Assembly: GCA_964057225.1 (NCBI GenBank)
Contig: OZ059896.1
Coordinates: 4,402,001-4,466,000 of the forward strand
Length of the DNA: 64,000 nt
DNA from: Auanema rhodensis
Taxonomy: Eukaryota; Animalia; Nematoda
Direction: 5' to 3'
Shown: positions 26,050 to 40,100 of the stretch, piece by piece
How positions within the stretch are numbered: the first letter of the stretch is position 1
How the letters are laid out: the number at the start of each line of letters is the position of its first letter
Translations under genes and position numbers: made by a program
The notes under the pieces: generated by a model
What the model saw: only the letters and a program-made list of their open reading frames with translations
Database searches by the model: none
What the model was told of the DNA's origin: nothing

Positions 26050-29000
26050 AAAGTTCACGTAAATTTCAAAGTCATGGTTACCATGAACCAATATCAATAA
26101 AAATTTGTTTTTAGACTAATATGGACATGGGGAATCTAATTTTGAAAACCGCATCTCTTTATCTTTCACGTGAAGCGAGTTACATACCAAGTGCACATCA
26201 CGTGTACATTTAATTAGCATAAATTAAAGTTCACGTAAATTTCAAAGTCATGGTTACCATGCACCAATATCAATAAAAATTTGTTTTTAGACTAATATGG
26301 ACATGGGGAATCTAATTTTGAAAACCGCATCTCTTTATCTTTCACGTGAAGCGAGTTACATACCAAGTGCACATCACGTGTACATTTAATTAGCATAAAT
26401 TAAAGTTCACGTAAATTTCAAAGTCATGGTTACCATGAACCAATATCAATAAAAATTTGTTTTAAACTAATATGGACATGGGGAATCTAATTTTGAAAAC
26501 CGCATCTCTTTATCTTTCACGTGAAGCGAGTTACATACCTAGTGCACATCACGTGTACATTTAATTAGCATAAATTAAAGTTCACGTAAATTTCAAAGTC
26601 ATGGTTACCATGCACCAATATCAATAAAAATTTGTTTTTAAACTAATATGGACATGGGGAATCTAATTTTGAAAACCGCATCTCTTTATCTTTCACGTGA
26701 AGCGAGTTACATATCTAGTGCACATCACGTGTACATTTAATTAGCATAAATTAAAGTTCACGTAAATTTCAAAGTCATGGTTACCATGAACCAATATCGA
26801 TAAAAATTTGTTTTTAAACTAATATGGACATGGGGAATCTAATTTTGAAAACCGCATCTCTTTATCTTTCACGTGAAGCGAGTTACATACCAAGTGCACA
26901 TCACGTGTACATTTAATTAGCATAAATTAAAGTTCACGTAAATTTCAAAGTCATGGTTACCATGAACCAATATCAATAAAAATTTGTTTTTAAACTAATA
27001 TGGACATGGGGAATCTAATTTTGAAAACCGCATCTTTTTATCTTTCACGTGAAGCGAGTTACATACCTAGTGCACATCACGTGTACATTTAATTAGCATA
27101 AATTAAAGTTCACGTAAATTTCAAAGTCATGGTTACGATGCACCAATATCAATAAAAATTTGTTTTTAAACTAATATGGACATGGGGAATCTAATTTTGA
27201 AAACCGCATCTCTTTATCTTTCACGTGAAGCGAGTTACATACCTAGTGCACATCACGTGTACATTTAATTAGCATAAATTAAAGTTCACGTAAATTTCAA
27301 AGTCATGGTTACCATGAACCAATATCAATAAAAATTTGTTTTTAAACTAATATGGACATGGGGAATCTAATTTTGAAAACCGCATCTCTTTATCTTTCAC
27401 GTGAAGCGAGTTACATACCTAGTGCACATCACGTGTACATTTAATTAGCATAAATTAAAGTTCACGTAAATTTCAAAGACATGGTTACCATGAACCAATA
27501 TCAATAAAAATTTGTTTTAAACTGATATGGACATGGGGAATCTAATTTTGAAAACCGCATCTCTTTATCTTTCACGTGAAGCGAGTTACATACCTAGTGC
27601 ACATCACGTGTACATTTAATTAGCATAAATTAAAGTTCACGTAAATTTCAAAGTCATGGTTACCATGCACCAATATCAATAAAAATTTGTTTTTAAACTA
27701 ATATGGACATGGGGAATCTAATTTTGAAAACCGCATCTCTTTATCTTTCACGTGAAGCGAGTTACATACCAAGTGCACATCACGTGTACATTTAATTAGC
27801 ATAAATTAAAGTTCACGTAAATTTCAAAGTCATGGTTACCATGAACCAATATCAATAAAAATTTGTTTTTAGACTAATATGGACATGGGGAATCTAATTT
27901 TGAAAACCGCATCTCTTTATCTTTCACGTGAAGCGAGTTACATACCAAGTGCACATCACGTGTACTTTTAATTAGCATAAATTAAAGTTCACGTAAATTT
28001 CAAAGTCATGGTTACCATGAACCAATATCAATAAAAATTTGTTTTTAGACTAATATGGACATGGGGAATCTAATTTTGAAAACCGCATCTCTTTATCTTT
28101 CACGTGAAGCGAGTTACATACCTAGTGCACATCACGTGTACATTTAATTAGCATAAATTAAAGTTCACGTAAATTTCAAAGTCATGGTTACCATGAACCA
28201 ATATCAATAAAAATTTGTTTTTAGTTTAATATGGACATGGGGAATCTAATTTTGAAAACCGCATCTCTTTATCTTTCACGTGAAGCGAGTTACATACCAA
28301 GTGCACATCACGTGTACATTTAATTAGCATAAATTAAAGTTCACGTAAATTTCAAAGTCATGGTTACCATGCACCAATATTAATAAAAATTTGTTTTTAG
28401 ACTAATATGGACATGGGGAATCTAATTTTGAAAACCGCATCTCTTTATCTTTCACGTGAAGCGAGTTACATACCAAGTGCACATCACGTGTACATTTAAT
28501 TAGCATAAATTAAAGTTCACGTAAATTTCAAAGTCATGGTTACCATGAACCAATATCAATAAAAATTTGTTTTTAGACTAATATGGACATGGGGAATCTA
28601 ATTTTGAAAACCGCATCTCTTTATCTTTCACGTGAAGCGAGTTACATACCAAGTGCACATCACGTGTACATTTAATTAGCATAAATTAAAGTTCACGTAA
28701 ATTTCAAAGTCATGGTTACCATGCACCAATATCAATAAAAATTTGTTTTTAGACTAATTTGAACATGGGGAATCTAATTTTGAAAACCGCATCTCTTTAT
28801 CTTTCAAGTGAAGCGAGTTACATACCAAGTGCACTTCACGTGTACATTTAATTAGCATAAATTAAAGTTCACGTAAATTTCAAAGTCATGGTTACCATGA
28901 ACCAATATCAATAAAAATTTGTTTTTAAACTAATATGGACATGGGGAATCTAATTTTGAAAACCGCATCTCTTTATCTTTCACGTGAAGCGAGTTACATA

Positions 29001-32000
29001 CCAAGTGCACATCACGTGTACATTTAATTAGCATAAATTAAAGTTCACGTAAATTTCAAAGTCATGGTTACCATGAACCAATATCAATAAAAATTTGTTT
29101 TTAGACTAATATGGACATGGGGAATCTAATTTTGAAAACCGCATCTCTTTATCTTTCACGTGAAGCGAGTTACATACCAAGTGCACATCACGTGTACATT
29201 TAATTAGCATAAATTAAAGTTCACGTAAATTTCAAAGTCATGGTTACCATGAACCAATATCAATAAAAATTTGTTTTTAGACTAATATGGACATGGGGAA
29301 TCTAATTTTGAAAATCGCATCTCTTTATCTTTCACGTGAAGCGAGTTACATACCAAGTGCACATCACGTGTACATTTAATTAGCATAAATTAAAGTTCAC
29401 GTAAATTTCAAAGTCATGGTTACCATGAACCAATATCAATAAAAATTTGTTTTTAGACTAATTTGAACATGGGGAATCTAATTTTGAAAACCGCATCTCT
29501 TTATCTTTCAAGTGAAGCGAGTTACATACCAAGTGCACTTCACGTGTACATTTAATTAGCATAAATTAAAGTTCACGTAAATTTCAAAGTCATGGTTACC
29601 ATGAACCAATATCAATAAAAATTTGTTTTTAGACTAATTTGAACATGGGAAATCTAATTTTGAAAACCGCATCTCTTTATCTTTCAAGTGAAGCGAGTTA
29701 CATACCAAGTGCACTTCACGTGTACATTTAATTAGCATAAATTAAAGTTCACGTAAATTTCAAAGTCATGGTTACCATGAACCAATATCAATAAAAATTT
29801 GTTTTTAGACTAATTTGAACATGGGGAATCTAATTTTGAAAACCGCATCTCTTTATCTTTCAAGTGAAGCGAGTTACATACCAAGTGCACTTCACGTGTA
29901 CATTTAATTAGCATAAATTAAAGTTCACGTAAATTTCAAAGTCATGGTTACCATGAACCAATATCAATAAAAATTTGTTTTTAAACTAATATGGACATGG
30001 GGAATCTAATTTTGAAAACCGCATCTCTTTATCTTTCACGTGAAGCGAGTTACATACCAAGTGCACATCACGTGTACATTTAATTAGCATAAATTAAAGT
30101 TCACGTAAATTTCAAAGTCATGGTTACCATGAACCAATATCAATAAAAATTTGTTTTAAACTAATATGGACATGGGGAATCTAATTTTGAAAACCGCATC
30201 TCTTTATCTTTCACGTGAAGCGAGTTACATACCTAGTGCACATCACGTGTACATTTAATTAGCATAAATTAAAGTTCACGTAAATTTCAAAGTCATGGTT
30301 ACCATGCACCAATATCAATAAAAATTTGTTTTTAAACTAATATGGACATGGGGAATCTAATTTTGAAAACCGCATCTCTTTATCTTTCACGTGAAGCGAG
30401 TTACATATCTAGTGCACATCACGTGTACATTTAATTAGCATAAATTAAAGTTCACGTAAATTTCAAAGTCATGGTTACCATGCACCAATATCAATAAAAA
30501 TTTGTTTTTAAACTAATATGGACATGGGGAATCTAATTTTGAAAACCGCATCTCTTTATCTTTCACGTGAAGCGAGTTACATACCTAGTGCACATCACGT
30601 GTACATTTAATTAGCATAAATTAAAGTTCACGTAAATTTCAAAGTCATGGTTACCATGAACCAATATCAATAAAAATTTGTTTTTAAACTAATATGGACA
30701 TGGGGAATCTAATTTTGAAAACCGCATCTCTTTATCTTTCACGTGAAGCGAGTTACATACCAAGTGCACATCACGTGTACATTTAATTAGCATAAATTAA
30801 AGTTCACGTAAATTTCAAAGTCATGGTTACCATGAACCAATATCAATAAAAATTTGTTTTTAAACTAATATGGACATGGGGAATCTAATTTTGAAAACCG
30901 TATCTTTTTATCTTTCACGTGAAGCGAGTTACATACCTAGTGCACATCACGTGTACATTTAATTAGCATAAATTAAAGTTCACGTAAATTTCAAAGTCAT
31001 GGTTACCATGCACCAATATCAATAAAAATTTGTTTTTAAACTAATATGGACATGGGGAATCTAATTTTGAAAACCGCATCTCTTTATCTTTCACGTGAAG
31101 CGAGTTACATACCTAGTGCACATCACGTGTACATTTAATTAGCATAAATTAAAGTTCACGTAAATTTCAAAGTCATGGTTACCATGAACCAATATCAATA
31201 AAAATTTGTTTTTAATTTAATATGGACATGGGGAATCTAATTTTGAAAACCGCATCTCTTTATCTTTCACGTGAAGCGAGTTACATACCTAGTGCACATC
31301 ACGTGTACATTTAATTAGCATAAATTAAAGTTCACGTAAATTTCAAAGACATGGTTACCATGAACCAATATCAATAAAAATTTGTTTTAAACTAATATGG
31401 ACATGGGTAATCTAATTTTGAAAACCGCATCTCTTTATCTTTCACGTGAAGCGAGTTACATACCTAGTGCACATCACGTGTACATTTAATTAGCATAAAT
31501 TAAAGTTCACGTAAATTTCAAAGTCATGGTTACCATGCACCAATATCAATAAAAATTTGTTTTTAAACTAATATGGACATGGGGAATCTAATTTTGAAAA
31601 CCGTATCTCTTTATCTTTCACGTGAAGCGAGTTACATACCTAGTGCACATCACGTGTACATTTAATTAGCATAAATTAAAGTTCACGTAAATTTCAAAGT
31701 CATGGTTACCATGAACCAATATCAATAAAAATTTGTTTTTAGACTAATATGGACATGGGGAATCTAATTTTGAAAACCGCATCTCTTTATCTTTCACGTG
31801 AAGCGAGTTACATACCAAGTGCACATCACGTGTACATTTAATTAGCATAAATTAAAGTTCACGTAAATTTCAAAGTCATGGTTACCATGAACCAATATCA
31901 ATAAAAATTTGTTTTTAGACTAATATGGACATGGGGAATCTAATTTTGAAAACCGCATCTCTTTATCTTTCACGTGAAGCGAGTTACATACCAAGTGCAC

Positions 32001-33085
32001 ATCACGTGTACATTTAATTAGCATAAATTAAAGTTCACGTAAATTTCAAAGTCATGGTTACCATGAACCAATATCGATAAAAATTTGTTTTTAGACTAAT
32101 ATGGACATGGGGAATCTAATTTTGAAAACCGCATCTCTTTATCTTTCACGTGAAGCGAGTTACATACCTAGTGCACATCACGTGTACATTTAATTAGCAT
32201 AAATTAAAGTTCACGTAAATTTCAAAGTCATGGTTACCATGAACCAATATCAATAAAAATTTGTTTTTAGACTAATATGGACATGGGGAATCTAATTATG
32301 AAAACCGCATCTCTTTATCTTTCACGTGAAGCGAGTTACATACCAAGTGCACATCACGTGTACATTTAATTAGCATAAATTAAAGTTCACGTAAATTTCA
32401 AAGTCATGGTTACCATGCACCAATATTAATAAAAATTTGTTTTTAGACTAATATGGACATGGGGAATCTAATTTTGAAAACCGCATCTCTTTATCTTTCA
32501 CGTGAAGCGAGTTACATACCAAGTGCACATCACGTGTACATTTAATTAGCATAAATTAAAGTTCACGTAAATTTCAAAGTCATGGTTACCATGAACCAAT
32601 ATCAATAAAAATTTGTTTTTAGACTAATATGGACATGGGGAATCTAATTTTGAAAACCGCATCTCTTTATCTTTCACGTGAAGCGAGTTACATACCTAGT
32701 GCACATCACGTGTACATTTAATTAGCATAAATTAAAGTTCACGTAAATTTCAAAGTCATGGTTACCATGCACCAATATCAATAAAAATTTGTTTTTAGAC
32801 TAATTTGAACATGGGGAATCTAATTTTGAAAACCGCATCTCTTTATCTTTCAAGTGAAGCGAGTTACATATCTAGTGCACATCACGTGTACATTTAATTA
32901 GCATAAATTAAAGTTCACGTAAATTTCAAAGTCATGGTTACCATGAACCAATATCAATAAAAATTTGTTTTTAGACTAATTTGAACATGGGGAATCTAAT
33001 TTTGAAAACCGCATCTCTTTATCTTTCAAGTGAAGCGAGTTACATACCAAGTGCACTTCTTGTGTACATTTAATTAGCATAAATT

Positions 33086-35195
33086 AAAGTTCACGTAAAT
33101 TTCAAAGTCATGGTTACCATGAACCAATATCAATAAAAATTTGTTTTTAGACTAATTTGAACATGGGGAATCTAATTTTGAAAACCGCATCTCTTTATCT
33201 TTCAAGTGAAGCGAGTTACATACCAAGTGCACATCACGTGTACATTTAATTAGCATAAATTAAAGTTCACGTAAATTTCAAAGTCATGGTTACCATGAAC
33301 CAATATCAATAAAAATTTGTTTTTAAACTAATATGGACATGGGGAATCTAATTTTGAAAACCGTATCTTTTTTTCTTTCACGTGAAGCGAGTTACATACC
33401 TAGTGCACATCACGTGTACATTTAATTAGCATAAATTAAAGTTCACGTAAATTTCAAAGTCATGGTTACCATGCACCAATATCAATAAAAATTTGTTTTT
33501 AAACTAATATGGACATGGGGAATCTAATTTTGAAAACCGCATCTCTTTATCTTTCACGTGAAGCGAGTTACATACCTAGTGCACATCACGTGTACATTTA
33601 ATTAGCATAAATTAAAGTTCACGTAAATTTCAAAGTCATGGTTACCATGAACCAATATCAATAAAAATTTGTTTTTAAACTAATATGGACATGGGGAATC
33701 TAATTTTGAAAACCGCATCTCTTTATCTTTCACGTGAAGCGAGTTACATACCTAGTGCACATCACGTGTACATTTAATTAGCATAAATTAAAGTTCACGT
33801 AAATTTCAAAGACATGGTTACCATGAACCAATATCAATAAAAATTTGTTTTAAACTAATATGGACATGGGTAATCTAATTTTGAAAACCGCATCTCTTTA
33901 TCTTTCACGTGAAGCGAGTTACATACCTAGTGCACATCACGTGTACATTTAATTAGCATAAATTAAAGTTCACGTAAATTTCAAAGTCATGGTTACCATG
34001 CACCAATATCAATAAAAATTTGTTTTTAAACTAATATGGACATGGGGAATCTAATTTTGAAAACCGTATCTCTTTATCTTTCACGTGAAGCGAGTTACAT
34101 ACCTAGTGCACATCACGTGTACATTTAATTAGCATAAATTAAAGTTCACGTAAATTTCAAAGTCATGGTTACCATGAACCAATATCAATAAAAATTTGTT
34201 TTTAGACTAATTTGAACATGGGGAATCTAATTTTGAAAACCGCATCTCTTTATCTTTCAAGTGAAGCGAGTTACATACCAAGTGCACATCACGTGTACAT
34301 TTAATTAGCATAAATTAAAGTTCACGTAAATTTCAAAGTCATGGTTACCATGAACCAATATCAATAAAAATTTGTTTTTAAACTAATATGGACATGGGGA
34401 ATCTAATTTTGAAAACCGTATCTTTTTTTCTTTCACGTGAAGCGAGTTACATACCTAGTGCACATCACGTGTACATTTAATTAGCATAAATTAAAGTTCA
34501 CGTAAATTTCAAAGTCATGGTTACCATGCACCAATATCAATAAAAATTTGTTTTTAAACTAATATGGACATGGGGAATCTAATTTTGAAAACCGCATCTC
34601 TTTATCTTTCACGTGAAGCGAGTTACATACCTAGTGCACATCACGTGTACATTTAATTAGCATAAATTAAAGTTCACGTAAATTTCAAAGTCATGGTTAC
34701 CATGAACCAATATCAATAAAAATTTGTTTCTAAACTAATATGGACATGGGGAATCTAATTTTGAAAACCGCATCTCTTTATCTTTCACGTGAAGCGAGTT
34801 ACATACCTAGTGCACATCACGTGTACATTTAATTAGCATAAATTAAAGTTCACGTAAATTTCAAAGACATGGTTACCATGAACCAATATCAATAAAAATT
34901 TGTTTTAAACTAATATGGACATGGGTAATCTAATTTTGAAAACCGCATCTCTTTATCTTTCACGTGAAGCGAGTTACATACCTAGTGCACATCACGTGTA
35001 CATTTAATTAGCATAAATTAAAGTTCACGTAAATTTCAAAGTCATGGTTACCATGCACCAATATCAATAAAAATTTGTTTTTAAACTAATATGGACATGG
35101 GGAATCTAATTTTGAAAACCGTATCTCTTTATCTTTCACGTGAAGCGAGTTACATACCTAGTGCACATCACGTGTACATTTAATTAGCATAAATT
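33086..35195 (+). repeat. 6-monomer tandem duplication (1055 bp x2)
   Basis: The CCGTATCTTTTTTTCT monomer starts at 33262 and 34317. The 175-bp AAAGACATG/GGGTAA monomer starts at 33790 and 34845. Confidence 0.9.
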
Positions 35196-37131
35196 AAAGT
35201 TCACGTAAATTTCAAAGTCATGGTTACCATGAACCAATATCAATAAAAATTTGTTTTTAGACTAATATGGACATGGGGAATCTAATTTTGAAAACCGCAT
35301 CTCTTTATCTTTCACGTGAAGCGAGTTACATACCAAGTGCACATCACGTGTACATTTAATTAGCATAAATTAAAGTTCACGTAAATTTCAAAGTCATGGT
35401 TACCATGAACCAATATCAATAAAAATTTGTTTTTAGACTAATATGGACATGGGGAATCTAATTTTGAAAACCGCATCTCTTTATCTTTCACGTGAAGCGA
35501 GTTACATACCAAGTGCACATCACGTGTACATTTAATTAGCATAAATTAAAGTTCACGTAAATTTCAAAGTCATGGTTACCATGAACCAATATCGATAAAA
35601 ATTTGTTTTTAGACTAATATGGACATGGGGAATCTAATTTTGAAAACCGCATCTCTTTATCTTTCACGTGAAGCGAGTTACATACCTAGTGCACATCACG
35701 TGTACATTTAATTAGCATAAATTAAAGTTCACGTAAATTTCAAAGTCATGGTTACCATGAACCAATATCAATAAAAATTTGTTTTTAGACTAATATGGAC
35801 ATGGGAAATCTAATTATGAAAACCGCATCTCTTTATCTTTCACGTGAAGCGAGTTACATACCAAGTGCACATCACGTGTACATTTAATTAGCATAAATTA
35901 AAGTTCACGTAAATTTCAAAGTCATGGTTACCATGCACCAATATTAATAAAAATTTGTTTTTAGACTAATATGGACATGGGAAATCTAATTATGAAAACC
36001 GCATCTCTTTATCTTTCACGTGAAGCGAGTTACATACCAAGTGCACATCACGTGTACATTTAATTAGCATAAATTAAAGTTCACGTAAATTTCAAAGTCA
36101 TGGTTACCATGCACCAATATTAATAAAAATTTGTTTTTAGACTAATATGGACATGGGGAATCTAATTTTGAAAACCGCATCTCTTTATCTTTCACGTGAA
36201 GCGAGTTACATACCAAGTGCACATCACGTGTACATTTAATTAGCATAAATTAAAGTTCACGTAAATTTCAAAGTCATGGTTACCATGAACCAATATCGAT
36301 AAAAATTTGTTTTTAGACTAATATGGACATGGGGAATCTAATTATGAAAACCGCATCTCTTTATCTTTCACGTGAAGCGAGTTACATACCAAGTGCACAT
36401 CACGTGTACATTTAATTAGCATAAATTAAAGTTCACGTAAATTTCAAAGTCATGGTTACCATGCACCAATATTAATAAAAATTTGTTTTTAGACTAATAT
36501 GGACATGGGGAATCTAATTTTGAAAACCGCATCTCTTTATCTTTCACGTGAAGCGAGTTACATACCAAGTGCACATCACGTGTACATTTAATTAGCATAA
36601 ATTAAAGTTCACGTAAATTTCAAAGTCATGGTTACCATGAACCAATATCAATAAAAATTTGTTTTTAGACTAATATGGACATGGGGAATCTAATTTTGAA
36701 AACCGCATCTCTTTATCTTTCACGTGAAGCGAGTTACATACCAAGTGCACATCACGTGTACATTTAATTAGCATAAATTAAAGTTCACGTAAATTTCAAA
36801 GTCATGGTTACCATGCACCAATATCAATAAAAATTTGTTTTTAGACTAATATGGACACGGAGAATCTAATTTTGAAAACCGCATCTCTTTATCTTTCACG
36901 TGAAGCGAGTTACATACCAAGTGCACATCACGTGTACATTTAATTAGCATAAATTAAAGTTCACGTAAATTTCAAAGTCATGGTTACCATGCACCAATAT
37001 CAATAAAAATTTGTTTTTAAACTAATATGGACATGGGGAATCTAATTTTGAAAACCGCATCTCTTTATCTTTCACGTGAAGCGAGTTACATACCAAGTGC
37101 ACATCACGTGTACATTTAATTAGCATAAATT

Positions 37132-40100
37132 AAAGTTCACGTAAATTTCAAAGTCATGGTTACCATGAACCAATATCGATAAAAATTTGTTTTTAGACTA
37201 ATATGGACATGGGGAATCTAATTTTGAAAACCGCATCTCTTTATCTTTCACGTGAAGCGAGTTACATACCTAGTGCACATCACGTGTACATTTAATTAGC
37301 ATAAATTAAAGTTCACGTAAATTTCAAAGTCATGGTTACCATGAACCAATATCAATAAAAATTTGTTTTTAGACTAATATGGACATGGGGAATCTAATTA
37401 TGAAAACCGCATCTCTTTATCTTTCACGTGAAGCGAGTTACATACCAAGTGCACATCACGTGTACATTTAATTAGCATAAATTAAAGTTCACGTAAATTT
37501 CAAAGTCATGGTTACCATGCACCAATATTAATAAAAATTTGTTTTTAGACTAATATGGACATGGGGAATCTAATTTTGAAAACCGCATCTCTTTATCTTT
37601 CACGTGAAGCGAGTTACATACCAAGTGCACATCACGTGTACATTTAATTAGCATAAATTAAAGTTCACGTAAATTTCAAAGTCATGGTTACCATGAACCA
37701 ATATCGATAAAAATTTGTTTTTAGACTAATATGGACATGGGGAATCTAATTTTGAAAACCGCATCTCTTTATCTTTCACGTGAAGCGAGTTACATACCTA
37801 GTGCACATCACGTGTACATTTAATTAGCATAAATTAAAGTTCACGTAAATTTCAAAGTCATGGTTACCATGAACCAATATCAATAAAAATTTGTTTTTAG
37901 ACTAATATGGACATGGGGAATCTAATTATGAAAACCGCATCTCTTTATCTTTCACGTGAAGCGAGTTACATACCAAGTGCACATCACGTGTACATTTAAT
38001 TAGCATAAATTAAAGTTCACGTAAATTTCAAAGTCATGGTTACCATGCACCAATATTAATAAAAATTTGTTTTTAGACTAATATGGACATGGGGAATCTA
38101 ATTTTGAAAACCGCATCTCTTTATCTTTCACGTGAAGCGAGTTACATACCAAGTGCACATCACGTGTACATTTAATTAGCATAAATTAAAGTTCACGTAA
38201 ATTTCAAAGTCATGGTTACCATGAACCAATATCAATAAAAATTTGTTTTTAGACTAATATGGACATGGGGAATCTAATTTTGAAAACCGCATCTCTTTAT
38301 CTTTCACGTGAAGCGAGTTACATACCAAGTGCACATCACGTGTACATTTAATTAGCATAAATTAAAGTTCACGTAAATTTCAAAGTCATGGTTACCATGC
38401 ACCAATATCAATAAAAATTTGTTTTTAGACTAATATGGACACGGAGAATCTAATTTTGAAAACCGCATCTCTTTATCTTTGACGTGAAGCGAGTTACATA
38501 CCAAGTGCACATCACGTGTACATTTAATTAGCATAAATTAAAGTTCACGTAAATTTCAAAGTCATGGTTACCATGCACCAATATCAATAAAAATTTGTTT
38601 TTAGACTAATATGGACATGGGGAATCTAATTTTGAAAACCGCATCTCTTTATCTTTCAAGTGAAGCGAGTTACATACCAAGTGCACATCACGTGTACATT
38701 TAATTAGCATAAATTAAAGTTCACGTAAATTTCAAAGTCATGGTTACCATGCACCAATATCAATAAAAATTTGTTTTTAGACTAATATGGACACGGAGAA
38801 TCTAATTTTGAAAACCGCATCTCTTTATCTTTCACGTGAAGCGAGTTACATACCAAGTGCACATCACGTGTACATTTAATTAGCATAAATTAAAGTTCAC
38901 GTAAATTTCAAAGTCATGGTTACCATGCACCAATATCAATAAAAATTTGTTTTTAGACTAATATGGACAAGGGGAATCTAATTTTGAAAACCGCATCTCT
39001 TTATCTTTCAAGTGAAGCGAGTTACATACCAAGTGCACATCACGTGTACATTTAATTAGCATAAATTAAAGTTCACGTAAATTTCAAAGTCATGGTTACC
39101 ATGCACCAATATCAATAAAAATTTGTTTTTAGACTAATATGGACATGAGGAATCTAATTTTGAAAACCGCATCTCTTTATCTTTCACGTGAAGCGAGTTA
39201 CATACCAAGTGCACATCACGTGTACATTTAATTAGCATAAATTAAAGTTCACGTAAATTTCAAAGTCATGGTTACCATGCACCAATATCAATAAAAATTT
39301 GTTTTTAGACTAATATGAACATGGGGAATCTAATTTTGAAAACCGCATCTCTTTATCTTTCACGTGAAGCGAGTTACATACCAAGTGCACATAACGTGTA
39401 CATTTAATTAGCATAAATTAAAGTTCACGTAAATTTCAAAGTCATGGTTACCATGAACCAATATCAATAAAAATTTGTTTTCAGACTAATTTGGACATGG
39501 GGAATCTAATTTTGAAAACCGCATCTCTTTATCTTTCAAGTGAAGCGAGTTACATACCAAGTGAACATCACGTGTACATTTAATTAGCATAAATTAAAGT
39601 TCACGTAAATTTCAAAGTCATGGTTACCATGAACCAATATCAATAAAAATTTGTTTTTAAACTAATATGGACATGGGGAATCTAATTTTGAAAACCGCAT
39701 CTCTTTATCTTTCACGTGAAGCGAGTTACATACCTAGTGCACATCACGTGTACATTTAATTAGCATAAATTAAAGTTCACGTAAATTTCAAAGTCATGGT
39801 TACCATGAACCAATATCAATAAAAATTTGTTTTTAGACTAATATGGACATGGGGAATCTAATTTTGAAAATCGCATCTCTTTATCTTTCACGTGAAGCGA
39901 GTTACATACCAAGTGCACATCACGTGTACATTTAATTAGCATAAATTAAAGTTCACGTAAATTTCAAAGTCATGGTTACCATGAACCAATATCAATAAAA
40001 ATTTGTTTTAAACTAATATGGACATGGGTAATCTAATTTTGAAAACCGCATCTCTTTATCTTTCACGTGAAGCGAGTTACATACCTAGTGCACATCACGT

